A stretch of DNA of 64,000 nucleotides, from NCBI RefSeq assembly GCF_009914755.1, contig NC_060947.1; one strand, written 5' to 3'. Numbering within the stretch: position 1 is the stretch's first letter; every line of letters starts with the position of its first letter. Below are positions 1 to 14,866 of this stretch, piece by piece. The notes beneath the pieces are model-generated. The model did no database searches and was not told where the DNA came from. It worked only from the letters and a program-made list of their open reading frames with translations. Both the position numbers and the translations under genes were made by a program. This stretch comes from the human T2T-CHM13v2.0 reference genome, Homo sapiens.

Positions 1-3000
1 AAAAAATATTCTTCAAACCTGAAAGAGAAATAAAGATTTTCCCAGACAAACAAACCCTGAGGGACTTAGAGGGACTTAATCAACACCAGACCTATTTTAC
101 AATAAATGCTAGAGGGAGTACTTCAATCAGAAATAAAAGGATATTAATACACAATAAGAAATTATCTGAAGTATAAAACTTCCTGGTAATAGTAAGTACA
201 CAGAAAAACATAAAATATTACAGCACTGTAACTATGGGGTGTAAACTACTCTTATCCTAAGTAGAAAGATTATGTGATGTCCCAATTAAAAATAATAACT
301 ACAAGTTTTCAAAACATAGTACAAGAAGATGTAAATGGAAACAAAAGAAAAGTGTAAAGAAAAGGGGGACAAAGTTAAGACACAGAGTTTTTATTAGTTG
401 TTTTTTTGCTTGTTTGTTTATGCAAATAGTGTTATGTTGTTATCAGGTTAAAATAGTGGCTTATAAGATAGTATTTGCAAGCCTCATGCTAACCTCAAGC
501 CAAAAATCATACAATGGAAGTAAGGAAAATAAAAAGCAAGAAACTAAGTCATATCACCAGAGAAAATCACCTTCACTAGAGGAAGACATGAAGGAAAGAA
601 AGAAGAAAGAGAAGACTACAAAGCAACCAGAAAACAAATGATGAAATAGCAGGATTATGTCCTTATTTACTAATTGTAACATCTAATGTAAATGGACTAA
701 ACTCTCCAATCAAAAGACAGACTGGCTGAATGGATGAAAAAAACAAGACCCATTGATCTGTTGCCTACAAGTAACATATTTCACCTATAAAGACACATAT
801 AGACTGAAAATAAAGGATGGAAAAAGATATTCCATGCCAATGGAAACCAAAAAGGAGCAGGAGTACCTATATTATATCAGACAAAATAGATTTCAAGATT
901 TTAATACAAAAAGTGTAAGAAGAGACAAAGAAGGTCACTATATAATGATAAAGGGGTCAATTCAACAAGAGGATATAACAATAATAAGTATACATGCACC
1001 CAACACTGGAGCACCCTGATATATAAAGGAAATATTATTAGAGCTAAAGAGAGAGAGATGGACCCCTATGCAATAATAGATTGCAACTTCAACACTCCAC
1101 TTTCAACATTGGACTAATCTTCCAGACAGAAAATCAACAAAGAAACATTGGACTTAATCTGACCTATAGAATAAATGGATCTAATAGATATTTACAGAAC
1201 ATTTCACCCAAGAGCTGCAGAATGCACACTCTTCTCCTCAGCACATAGATCATTCTCAAGGATAGAATATATGTTAGGTCACAAAACAAGTCTTAAAACA
1301 TTCAAAATAATTGAAATAATATCAGGCATCTTTAGGCATCTTTTCTGACCACAATGGAATAAAACTAGAAATTAATAGGAATTTAGGAAACTATACAAAT
1401 ACGTGGAAATTAAACAATATGCTCCTGAATGACCAGTGGGTCAATGAAGAAATTAAGAAGGAAATTGAAAAATTTCTTGAAAGAAACGGTACTGGAAACA
1501 TGACATACAAAAACCTACGGGATATACCAAAAGCAGTACTAAAAGGGAAGTTTTCACTATAACTGCCCACATCAAAAAAAGAGGAAGACGTTCAAATAAA
1601 CAATCTAATGATACATCTTAAAGAACTAGAAAAGCAAGATCAAACCAAACCCAAAATTAGTAGAAGAAAAGAAATAATCAAGATCAGAGCAAAAATACAT
1701 GAATTTGAAATGAAGAAAACAATAAAAGAGATCAATGAAACAAAAAGATGGTTTTTGAAAAGTTAAAAAAAAATTGACAGACCTTTAACAAGACTAACTG
1801 AAAAAAAAAGAGAGAGGCTCAAATAAATAGAAACAGAGATGAAAAAGGAGACATGAAAACTGATACTGCTGAAATTCAAAGGATCATTAGTGGCTACTAT
1901 GAGCAAATATATGCCAATAAACTGGAAAATATAGGAGAAATAGACAAATATCTAGACACATACAACCTACCAAGATTGACTCCTGAAGAAATCCAAGACC
2001 CGGACAGACCAATAACAAGTAACGTGATCAAAGTGGCAATAAAATTTCTCCCAGTAAAGAAAAGCCTGAAACCCAATGACTTCGCTGTTGAATTCCACCA
2101 AACATTTAACAAAGAACTAATACCAATCCTACTCAAACTATTCTGAAAAATACAGGAGGAGGGAATCATCCCAAACACATTCTATGAGGCCAGTATTACC
2201 CTGATGCCAAAACCAGACAAACACACATGAAAATGAAAAGTACAGGTCAGTATCTCTGAGGAATATTGATACAAAAATCCTGACAAAATACTAGCTAACC
2301 AAATTTAATAATAAATTAAAAGAATCCTTCATCAGAACAAAGCCCTGGGATGCAAGGATGGTTCAACATATGCAAATCAGTATGATACATCATATAAACA
2401 GAATTAATGATGGAAACCGTATGATCATTTTGATTGATGCTGAAAAAACATTTGATAAAATTAGACATCCCTTCATGGTAAAAACTCTCAAAAAACTGTG
2501 GATAGTAGGAACATACCTCTGTATAATAAAAGCCATCTACAACAGACCCACAGCTAGTATCATACTGAATGGGGAAAAACTGAATGCCTTGCCTCTCAGG
2601 TCTGGAATACAAGAATGCCTACTTTCACCACTGTTATTCCACATAGTACTGGAAGTCCCAGCTACAGCAATCTAAGAGAACACATAAAGGGCATCCAAAT
2701 TGGAAAGGGAGAAGTCAAATAATCCTTATTTGCAGGTGATATTATCTTATATTTGGAGAAACCTAAAGACTGCAACAAAAAACTATGAGAAGTGATAAAT
2801 TCAGTAAAGTCGCAGAATACACATCAACATACAAAAATCAGTAGCATTTCTATATGCCAACAGGGAACAAACTGGAAAAGAAATAAAAAAGTAATCCCAT
2901 TTACAATAGCCACAAATAAAATTAAATACCTAGGAATTAATCAAAACATGCACAATCTCTACAATGAAAACTATAAAACACTGATGAAAGAAATTGAAGC

Positions 3001-4700
3001 AGACACCAAAATGTTGAAAAATTTTCCACGTTCATGTATTGGAAGAATCAATATTGTTAAAATGCCCATACTACCCAAGGCAATTTACAGATTCAATGAA
3101 ATCCCTATCAAAACACCAATGACATTCTTCCCAGAGATAGAAAAAAATGATCTTAAGATTTATATGGAACCACAAAAGACCCAGAATAGCCAAAACTATC
3201 CTAAGCAGAAAGAACAAAACTGCAGGTATCATTTTATTTAACTTAAAATTATATTGCAGAGCTGTAGTAACCAAAACAGCATGGTATCAGCATAAAATCA
3301 AACACACAGAACAATGGAACAGACTAGAGAACCTAGAAACAAATCCACAGACTTCCAGTGAACTCATTTGCAACAAAGGTGCCAAGAACATACACTGGGG
3401 AAGAGACAGTTTCTTCAATAAATGGTGCTGGGAAAACTGGATATCCATCTGCAGAAGAATGAATATCCTTCATTCTTCTAGATAGATAGATAGTCTATCT
3501 CTTGTCACATTCTATCACTTGCCACATTCAAAAATCAAATCAAAATGGATTAAACACTTAAATCTAACACCTCAAACAATGGAACTATTGCAAGAAAACA
3601 TTGGGGAAAATCTCCAAGACATTGGTCTGATCAAAAATTTCTTGAGCAGTACCCCATAAGCACAGGCAGCCAAAGCAAAAATGAACAAATGGGATCTCAA
3701 GTTATAAAGCTTCTACACAGCAAAGGATACAATCAACAAAGTGAAGAGATGACCCACAGAACAAGAGAAAATATTTGCAAACTACTCATCTGACAAGGGA
3801 TTCATAACCAGAATGTATAAGGAACACAAACAGCTCTATAGGAAGAAATCTAATAATCAAATTAAAAGATGGGCAAAAGATTTGAACAGACATTTCTCGA
3901 AAGAAGACATATGAGTGGCAAACAGGAATATTAAAAGGTGTTCAACATCATTGATCATCAGAGAAATGCAAATCAAAACCACAACAAGCTATCATCTCAT
4001 GCCAGTTAAAATGGCTTAAATCCAAAAAACCGGCAATAGCAAATTCTGGAGAGGATGTGGAGAAAAGAAAACACTTGTACACTGTACCCCCTCTTGGTGG
4101 TGGGAATGGAGATTACTACAACCACTATGGAGAACAGTTTGGAGGTTCCTCGACAAACTAAAAATTGAGCTATCGTATGATCCAGCAATCCCATTGCTGG
4201 GTATATACCCAAAAGAAATAAATCAGTATATTTAAAAGACATCTTCACTCCCATGTTTGTTTCCGTACCATTCACAACAGCTAAGATTTGAAAGCAACCT
4301 AAGTGTCCATCAACAGATGAATGCTTAAAGAAAATGTGCTACTCATACACAGTGGAGTATGGAATACTGTTCAGCCAGAAACAGCCAGAATGAGATCCTG
4401 TCATCTGCAACAACATGGATGGAACTGGAGATAATTATGCTAAGTGAAAGAATGAATAAGACATACCATTTGATCCCACAACAAGGTGACTATAGTCAAT
4501 AATAACTGTACATTTCAAAATAACTAATAGAGTGTAATTGGATTGTTTGTAACACAAAGGATAAATGCTTGAGGGGATGGATAACCGATTCTCCATGATG
4601 TGATTATTTCACATTGCATACCTGTATCAAAACATCTGATGTATTCCACAAATATATACACCTATTATGTACTCACAAAATTAAAAATTGAAAAAAAATT
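1..4700 (+). mobile_element. Old LINE-1 (L1MA1/2-like), from end of ORF1 through degraded ORF2 to 3' UTR/poly(A); cut by the window start
   Basis: Frameshifted ORF2 fragments in the ORF track (ICCLQ.T...RDKEGHYIMIKGSIQQEDITI endonuclease; [13 protein letters not shown] and LLSPLLF.IVLEV RT region; WCWENWISIC C-terminal). 3' end GGATAAATGCTTGAGGGGATGG...CCTGTATCAAAACATCT...CACAAAATTAAAAATT is typical of L1MA1-3. Confidence 0.9.
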
Positions 4701-4716
4701 AAAATTTATCAAAAAA

Positions 4717-4884
4717 GGGGGACAAGGGGAGGGATAGCTTTAGGACACATACCTAATGCATACTGGGCTTGAAACCTAGATGATGGGTTGACGGGTACAG
4801 CAAACCACCATGGCACATGTATACCCAGGTAACAAACCTGCACATTCTGCACATGTATCCCAGAACTTAAAGTAAAATAAACAG
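4717..4884 (+). mobile_element. 5'-truncated primate L1PA 3'-end fragment inserted in the tail of the L1MA
   Basis: GGGAGGGATAGC..TAGG...CAAACCACCATGGCAC...AACCTGCACATTCTGCACATGTATCCCAGAACTTAAAGTA. 16-bp TSD AAAA(T/A)TTATCAAAAAA at 4701-4716 and 4885-4900. Confidence 0.88.
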
Positions 4885-5750
4885 AAAAATTATCAAAAAA
4901 TAAATTTCACAAATAGTTTGCAATCTCTTAAATTTTTTAAACATTATTTTGTAATCATTATAATGTACTCTTTATAGTCTGTGTGTGTGTGTACATATAT
5001 ATATATTCTCCTTAGAGCATATTTTCAGAATTAAAAGAGAAAAATGTTTTCAATTACTATTGGCAAACAATGAGTTTGTGTGGGACTCAGATTAGTGTGA
5101 GTTTTTACTTTGGTGTTTTTCTTTTGGAAATTGAATATATTAATTTTCATTTACAGAGAAAGGATGGAAGTAGGGAGAGAAGAAGGAGAAGAAGGGAAGA
5201 AAAGGAAATACATAGGAAAAGGGAAGAATAACTAGTACTTGAATGATTTGTTAATTATAAGCATAATTTTAAATTTTCAGGTGCAAAAGTAGAAGGCAAA
5301 ATATTTTGCATAATTATGAATCTATCAAGCCAGATTCTGAAATGGATGTGTTCTAAGTTTGGTATAAACAGATTAACTCAAGGGTATGTATTTTACCACG
5401 CTTAATTGTCACAAAAATGTCCAGTTTTTTTTAATCTTGTTTAATCTTGTCTGAGAGCCACACTTATTTAATGTAAAGGTTGAAAATACCAGCCACCTAA
5501 TAAAATAACATCTCCTTATAATCAGTAAGGATCTCTTCAGATGAAACCAGTTTTAAGCATATAAAATACAATATAAGGAAATGTCATTTGTATAAATATC
5601 CAATCCATTAGCATAATAAAACTTCTAAGTCTAATTACAATCTAGTATTTATAAAAATAATTTGTATTTTAATATTTAAAAGGCAATCAAATTTACTTCT
5701 CTTCACAATCAGTTAAGAGTGAACTACGGTAATTCAGACATACTGGCTTA

Positions 5751-6119
5751 TGATATGGTTTGGCTGTGTCCCCACCCAAATCTCATTTTGAATTGTAGTT
5801 CCCATAATCCCCATCGTGGGAAGGAACCAGTGGTAGGTAATTGAATCATGGGGGGTTTTACCCCCATGTTGTTCTCGTGATAGTGAGTTCTCACGAGATC
5901 TGATGGTTTTATAAGGGGCTTTTCCCCCCTTTTGCTCAGCACTTCAACTTCTTGCCATCATGTGAAGAATGACATGTTTATTTCCCCTTCCTCCATGATT
6001 GTAAATTTCCTGAGGCCTTCCCAGCCATGCTGAACTGTGAGTCAATTAAACATTTTTCCTTTATAAATTACCCAGTCTCAGGTATGTCTTTATTATCAGC
6101 ATTAGAACAGACTAATACA
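5751..6119 (+). mobile_element. THE1-type MaLR solo LTR
   Basis: TGATATGGTTTGGCTGTGTCCCCACCCAAATCTCA...ACAGACTAATACA with perfect 5-bp TSD GCTTA (5746-5750, 6120-6124). Confidence 0.93.
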
Positions 6120-6500
6120 GCTTATTCAACATGTAACAAACTGCTACTTTCCCTGTCTTAATTTTTATTTTATCAAAGTAATGAATGCAAATGGTACCAA
6201 AAAGTACAGAAAATCCTATGATGAAAGGCCCAGACTCTCTCCAACCTCACTCTTCCGCAACCCTGAACCCACTCTCTAAAGCAGTCAATTTTTACTGTTT
6301 TGTACTTTTAGCTCTCTGTAAGCATGGATGATGTGCTTAGACCGCTATTTCATGATTTGTATCTGTTGAGACTCTCATAGTCCTGATATGAAAAACAAGC
6401 ACTTAATTCACACAATCCCTCTGGTCCTCTCTCATCTTCCTGATTTTTGATCTTCGTTATTTTTAATTTTCCCCTGGTTGCCTAGGTAACTTTAAATACT

Positions 6501-6963
6501 TGTGAAATGTGATATACAAAATGGTATCACTCTGCTTCAGAGCTCTAAAATGGAGTCAGAAAGCCATTCTAAAAAGGACTACCTGCACAGCTTGCAACCT
6601 TGCAAAAAACAAAAACAAAACAGAAACTTGCCTTGAACTTTTGAACTGGGCCAAACTGCAATGACCACAGCATCTTGGAAAACAGCCAAATTTCAACAGC
6701 ACTACAACTCCTGAACAGCAACAACCAATGAACTATGGACTCACGTACCAAGCCAGCCACCTGCACCAATGATAATTCTTTCAAAACAACTTGCACAATC
6801 AGCATTCTTTTAAAAATCTCTACTCTCCTTTTCCTTTTCCTCTTTGGAACACAATTTCACTTCTAGCCCAATCTGTGTCTCCTGAATTGCAATTCCTAAG
6901 ACCCCAATAAACACTTTGTCTTACTGCTTTACTGTCTGGTCTTTTGCCTCTTCTTGGTTGACA
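6501..6963 (+). repeat. 5' LTR of the provirus
   Basis: TG...CA termini, AATAAA at 6906-6911, homologous to 15546-15998. Confidence 0.88.
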
Positions 6964-8306
6964 TTAAATGGTGTCAGAATAGAGTGGGGTACAACGCAAC
7001 TTTCCCCTGCGTTCTGGCACTGCCATGGATTCAAGCATGGTACCTGTAGGATCCCTTTGTGTTCCATCGTCTCCCCAACAGCCCAGGACCTCATTGGTGA
7101 GTCCTCTTGTGTCCCTGAACCTCCCTCCTCGGTTAAGTTCAGCCTTTTATTGAGTGTCTTTTGTTGCTGGCTGTCGACAAAGGAATTTTTCCCTTTTTTG
7201 TTAGTACTCATAGAGACGTTTGCTTCTAAGGGTATAGGTTATGTCATTCCCTTTTGGAAGCCCTGCTGGGTTTTTGTACAAAAAAAAAATTATGATCCTT
7301 CATTTTATAAATTTCTTTCTTGATGGATCAACATTACTAAAAATGATTTGGAATTATAATGGCCAACCTGAGGATTTTTTGATCTCCTGAAACTTGTTTT
7401 CCTCCATGGACAAATTAGAAGGGCTAAAAAGAAATATTAAAAGATTAAACAGCCCAAATGGCACATCTACTTTAATTTGGTATCATGCGGCAGCTAAAAT
7501 ACTCCAGGAATGTAAACTAGTGTCCCTAAGTGGTAACAATACCAAATGAGCTCAAAGACCCTAAACTGGGGGAAAAAAAAGTAGAAGCTTCTATTAATAA
7601 TAACAAAACAAATCTGGAATTGTGCATGCCTCTGTTTGTCCTTGTCCTGTGTTGCCTCCCGCTCCTAGTGAACCCCTTCCATCCCGCTACTACCCTCTAC
7701 ACCCTCTTGCTTATGTGGTAAAAATCTATTCTAAACTGGAAAAATTATCTCCTGGGCTCCATGGAGGGGCTTATTGGAGGGAGTCACTATTGGAATAGGA
7801 ACACCATTACAGATTCTAATCATCAGTGGCCAAAAGATGAATCCTTTCAATTAGAAAGACTCCTTTATTTGAAAAATAGTTCAGAGATTTCTCATTCTAA
7901 ATAATTATTTGTATTTATGGGAGGATTAAAAAAATTTAAGACACATAATAATGTCATGGCTAGCCTTACAAATTCTGACAAAATTAAAGAGCAAAGATCT
8001 GATCTCAAACAAAGTCAAAATCCTTTGTATGCTCACACTGCCTGCTTTGGGTTCCCTGTGGGATTTACACAGAACGGGCACTCCATCCTATGGTCTAGTG
8101 GCTAGGATTTGGCACTTTTACTGCTTTTGCCCTGGTTTAATTCCCAATCAGGAAACCATTCCCTGCTGATGTAAGTCTTTTAAATCAGGAGAAACATTTA
8201 CTTAAAAACTCATTTGATATTTGTGTGACTCAACATTTTGGGGTACTAATTTGTTATTGATCCTTTTTCCTTCTATGGACAACTTTTGATTTTCTGTCTT
8301 ACCAAC

Positions 8307-8721
8307 TGATATGGTTTTGGTATTTGTTCCCTCCAAATATATTTCAAAATTTGATCCCCAATATTGGAGATAGATCCTGGTGGGAGGTATTTGGATCATA
8401 AAGGCAGGTCCCTCATGAATTGCTTGGTGTGTCTTCACAGTAATGAGTGATTTCACGTTCTATTAGTTTACGTGAGAGCTAGTTGTTTAAAAGAGCGTGG
8501 CACACCTCCCCTCTCTTGCTCCCTATTTCATCATGTGACACGCCTTTTCCCTCTTCACTTTCCATCATAATTGTAAGCTTCCTAAGGTTCTTACCAGAAG
8601 CAGATGCTGGTGCCATGCTTCTTGTACAGCCTACAGAACTGTGAGATAAACAAACTGCTTTTCTTTATGAATTACCTAACCTCGGGTATTCCTTTATAGC
8701 AATGCAAAATAGACTAAGACA
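8307..8721 (+). mobile_element. MST-type (MSTB-like) MaLR solo LTR nested in the provirus
   Basis: TGATATGGTTT...GCAGATGCTGGTGCCATGCTTCTTGTACAGCCT...GACTAAGACA. 5-bp TSD CCAAC/CTAAC. Confidence 0.88.
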
Positions 8722-10381
8722 CTAACTGACTTTTAAAATCTTTTATATATGGGGCACAAGGGATGGTTGACTTTTGTGTGTAGATGGTCTGCTGAGAAGC
8801 TGAGATCCTAGAGAATTTGGCAGGAAAGAAATATGGGTTGTACTTTATTTGTGGCTGGCAAAATTTTATTTAGCTGCCTTTGAGATGCCTCTGGATCTTG
8901 TGAGGACTGCTTTGCACCTCTTTGGAGATGTCTCACGCATTCTTATTTAAGTCATAACCTTAGTTAAGGGGTTTTGGTTTTGGTGAGTTATTTGAAAGAT
9001 AACTTCGGGGGGGAAGTTTGAAAGCCAAAAATATTGGCTGTTTGTCCCAGCTAAAATTTCATCATGAGAGATTTAAAATTTTTTTTTTTTTTTTTAAAAA
9101 AGCTCTATGGTCAGAAGTCAGCTTAATTAAAAGCTGATATTCAGACTATAATACTTTTTTAAAAAATAAAAGTTCCTTCTACTTTTTCTCTTTTGGATTC
9201 TGCTAGTGGGATTTACTTTTCAGTCAACTGAAACCCCCTTTTAATTATGTGATTGGTTATTCTGTTTCCTTTTTATCTTTTTCACATGATTTTTGCTAAG
9301 AAAAATGTAAAACTTCATTGGCCCTTCTGGAAAGCTTAAAATATCCAAATTGGTACATCTAAGACTTGTTATTTCATTTTCTTTCACTTCTACTCCTCCT
9401 TCTTTTTTGCCATCTTCAATTCCACATAAAGAAATCTAGACAGGACTTCTAGCAGCTCTAAGACCCCTTAAGGAACACAGAAAAAGTGCCACACACCCCC
9501 TTTTCGGGGTCATATATTTTTCTCATGGATCCCCAAGAGTTGTGGACAGGTTCCTCTCAGTTCTAAGGCTCTGCTGTTTTGCATTAAATTCCGTGATCTC
9601 TCTAACTTCTGGGGGTACCAGGAATTACTTCGTACTGTGAGAGAAAACTTAATCTTTGTGTGTGTGATAGCTAGTGGGTCACCAGCAAAGGCTGCAATTC
9701 TGGGGGGTGGCTGAGAGCAGTTACAATGGATGGTTATTACTGTATGGGGCTATTCATTTGTTTGTGCATTTAGATCAGAAAAGTGAGGTTTGGAAACTTG
9801 GAGGCTATGGCTACATCACATCATCAAGGGATAAGACTCCCATGGGGGATGAACTGATCACAGAGTGGGCTGATTGACATTGGGTTACCTTTGCCGTGAG
9901 GTGCCGTGAGGTACCCTGTGGAAGTGTTGCACAGCTTGGTCCTGTGGCATTTCCTTTTTTTTTTTAAGGTCCCAGGATTCACTGTAAAAAATGAGGTTCT
10001 TGATTTCTGAGGATCTAGACGATTTGCCTTCCTACTGCTTCTGCTTTTCACTATATAAGTGAAAAGACCTCAAAAGCTGCAAATGTTTTGTTTGCGCTAT
10101 TCATTAATGGGCTCTACCCTGAGGTCAGTGGTCCAGTTTTAAAATGGAGACTAAATTAAAAGCCACCTATCTAACTAAAATTGGTCTCCTTATAAAATCC
10201 TCTGGTGATTCTCAATGATTTTGTGTTACCTTAGTATTCATTTTAATTTTCCTCTAACATACCCAAATTCTTTCTTCAAAAAGCTTAAATTCTCTCTTTG
10301 TGCATTGAGATGTAAATTTGCAACCCTGGTTTCTCTAAAACTCAATAAGCACTTCAACCATGCGGGACAAATAAACTTTAT

Positions 10382-10676
<295 letters not shown>

Positions 10677-10780
10677 GACAATCTTTAACTTGTTTCATTT
10701 ACAGAGGCACAAATTAATCTAACTGTCCTTTTAAACTAGTGAGTTTTATCTGTCTCATGACTAAAATTTTAAAATAAAAG

Positions 10781-11177
10781 CAAATATAGTTTACATATTT
10801 TCCCTACCCAAATCTTATGTTGAATTGTAATCCCGAATGTTGGAATTGGGGCCTGCTGGGTGGTGTTCAGGTCATGGGGGTAGATCTCTCATGGCTTGAT
10901 GCTGTCCTCAGGATAGTGACTGAGTTTTCCTGTAATCTAGTTGGTTAAAGTGTGTGGCACCTCCCCCACTCTCTCTCTTGCTCCTGCTTTGCCATGTGAA
11001 ATGCCTGCTCCCATTTTGCTCTCTGCCATGAGTAAAAGCTTCCTGAGGCCTCACGAGAGGCTGAGCAGATGCCAGCACTATGCTTCCTGTACAGCCTGCA
11101 GAATCATGAGCCAATGAAATCTCTTTTCTTTATAAATTACCCAGTCTCAAGTATTTCGTTATAAAACAGCCTAGCAA
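10781..11177 (+). mobile_element. MST-type (MSTA-like) MaLR solo LTR nested in the provirus
   Basis: CCCAAATCTTATGTTGAATTGTAATCCC...CTTCCTGTACAGCCTGCAGAA..TGAGCCAA...ATAAATTACCCAGTCTC. Confidence 0.85.
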
Positions 11178-11916
11178 AAAAGCTATAAAATCTTTATTTG
11201 TGTTTGTATATTATGTATAAATGTGTATATGTCTGTGTTTGTATATTGTCTACATGGTACTGAGTTGACTTATAAATAAATGAGTACTCATAAATTAAAT
11301 AATCTCAAAATTTTTAAATTCATATGACTTTAGTAACCTTTGATATAAAAAGCAGATTTTTAAATTGTTGGTAAAATAAAATAGAAATGTCTTCAGAGTT
11401 TTAGACTTCTTTATCTTAATCTACTGGTCAAACAAATGTATGTTGTTTCTGCTAAATGTTTTAAGGTCAAAAAACTTGTTTCTGTGATATTTTTGATAAT
11501 TGCTTGATTTGTCTTTAAGCATATGTCTTTGGTTTTGAGCCTTTAGATTCCAGAGTCTAGACAGGTGGTCATGGTGAGGCTTCCACAGCACCTAGACCAC
11601 CAGCTGCAGGGTAGAGTCAAGCCCGATACATCCTCCCTGGCCCAGCTCTGCCTCCTGGCCATGCTGGAAGGGGATAGATCCTCCATTAACTGTCTTCGCA
11701 GCTCTGTCATTTGTCCTGGGCTTTGCATTTGATACATAACAATTAAAATTGCTTTACTTCCTAGCTTTCTCACTCGAAATTGGGGTTACTAGAGTTAAAA
11801 TTGTAGATAATATATGTAATTAAAACTACTAGATATAAGAGAAATAATTCTATATAAAGAGTGTACAAAGAATGTAGGATGTGTTTTGGGTGAGGAAGGT
11901 TATAAGAAAAACATGA

Positions 11917-12045
11917 AGCCATATGCTGTGGCTCATGCCTGTAATCCCAGCACTTTGGGAGGCTGAGGCAGGAGGACTGCTTGAGCCCAGGAGTTCACGA
12001 CTAGCCTGGGCAACATAGGGAGACCCCATTTCTACACACACACAA
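11917..12045 (+). mobile_element. Alu left monomer / FLAM
   Basis: GTGGCTCATGCCTGTAATCCCAGCACTTTGGGAGG...GGGCAACATAGGGAGACCCCAT, ending in a (CA)n tail. Confidence 0.85.
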
Positions 12046-14183
12046 CTTGAGAATGTGGTTTTTGTTAAAGGAAAAGTATTTTTTTTCTAGTTTAGAGGTT
12101 ATTTGAAGGCTCCTTTAAGTTGAAAGGATAAAAAAGAATGACAGGAAAAACTGAATGGATATAAAAAATTGGGGAAAGAAAGAGAATTGAAAAAATTGTG
12201 AGAGATTATAAAATGTTCATGCAAATCTTTTCTGTAGTCAAAGCTGATTGAGATTAGATGGATTTGTTTATATTTTATTAAATTAACTTTAGTGTTAATA
12301 ATACACTGATGAAAAGTACAATTTGGTTTTCTCTTTTGAACAAGATTTTCATGTAGTACTAATAAGAAATGGTAAAATATTTGTTCACCTTTTCAGTAAA
12401 AAAGGAAGAAGACTTTGCCTCATGCTGTCTTTATTAGGTCTTTTGATTGTTTGGAAAACTTGATCTCCTCTCTATCAAATAGTAAAGGGTTTTTTTTCAC
12501 TTTTTGAAATCTTTTAATTATCATTTTGACTAAATGAATGACTAATATTTTATAGTGACTTGTGATCTTATTTTGATATCAAGTGTTTTAAACCTTTAAT
12601 ATTTGACAAACATCCCAAAATCAAATTTCAAATTCTAAATTAAGTGTTTTTTAAGCTTGAACTAAATATTTGGACATTCCAAAAAGAGCCCCTGGAAGTC
12701 CAAGAGAGACATATTAGGCTTATTCGGTATGTTAAAATTATATGGGAAGCATTGTCAAATAAAAAGTGATGTCTAACTTTCTTTGAGTTATATTCATATG
12801 GATATGTTATTAATGTATTCCAAAATTGTATGAGATTCCTAAAATATTATATATCTTGGTATATTCAGTAAATTGCTTAATTCTGATGCTCTTTTTCTAA
12901 AAGCTCTCTGTTCATTCTAAAGTGATGTGTCTTCAAGGAAGTTCATGGGAAAGACTGATAGGTAATCTGAAATACAGTCCTCTGCTTATGACTTTGAGAT
13001 TACACAATTGGACTGGGGGGTAGAAAGTTAAAAAGAAAACTCTAATGAAAAATTAGACATAAAATTGGAAAATTGCTAACCTAACATCAAGTAGAACAAG
13101 AACATGAGACTAAAGTGATGAAGGGCTGAAATGATTTTTCATGACTTTTTGCTTAAACATGGATGATTCTTTTTCTGTTTTGTTTTCTAGAATCAAGAAA
13201 CCTTTTTCCCTCTGAAGCTATTCATAGCTTAGAGTAATTGGGTGAAATATAGTTTTGTAAGAAAATGGAAACATTTACCTCATAGGAATGTTTTCTTCTT
13301 TAACAGGACACAATTGAAAACACTGGTTATATTACAAAAGCTTTGACTGGTAATTTTGTGTCATATTTTCAAATGTGACCAGGCTGCTTTGAGGAATTGC
13401 AGTTTACTTTAAAGCCAACAGACTTGGAAAAAGACTGGCCGGGTACCATATCTACACTGTTCCCTTACAGGGTTCCTGACCTTGTGGTAAGTAAAAGTTG
13501 TCACTTTCTGACAGAATAAGCTACCTCAGATATTTTGGGGACCTCAAGAAGAGAGAAATTCACACAGGTATTACAAGCCCAGTCTGAAGATGAATCCTTC
13601 GCTTAGTGTCCTAGCCTCAAGAGGCTTTTAAAAGTCTATTCTGGGATTTCTTATTTAAAAGTTCCAGCAAGGCCAACTAAAAAATAGCCTATATGGCCGA
13701 TCACTACTCTTACTGCAAACAATCAGGCAAAGTATACTAAGACTAAAAGTTATTTTGCAAATAAATTGGTCCTCCTATGTTTCAGCTTTGGTAGAAATGG
13801 GAGACTAAAGAGAGATACATTATTTTTCAGAAGAAAACTATAGTACACGTTATTAGATTCTAGCCTTGTCCTTTGTTTGTGAGTTTTTATTATTTGATTA
13901 CAACAATTTGGACTGAATCCTGAATTCTTTCCTAGCTACAAATCTCCAAACTAACATTTTCATATCTTTCCATTTTTCTGACTTGGACTCAGTGAAATTG
14001 CAGCTTGCTCCTGAGGCCCTGCAAGCTGAAGTTCACATGTAAACAACCTTGTGATACACAAACTACAGACCAGAAAAATGTGACAGATTGCCACTGCCTA
14101 CTTCCACTTTAACTGAAGATGGTTTGAGTCTAACATCTAGCACTTCAACTGATTGCCCCCCAAACTCTAAAGAAACTGGTTTA

Positions 14184-14866
<683 letters not shown>

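Noticed and set aside
414-4275. Many 60-150 aa ORFs with RT/endonuclease-like words
   Set aside because: Frameshifted, stop-riddled fragments of a dead L1 ORF2; not genes and not a novel RT system.
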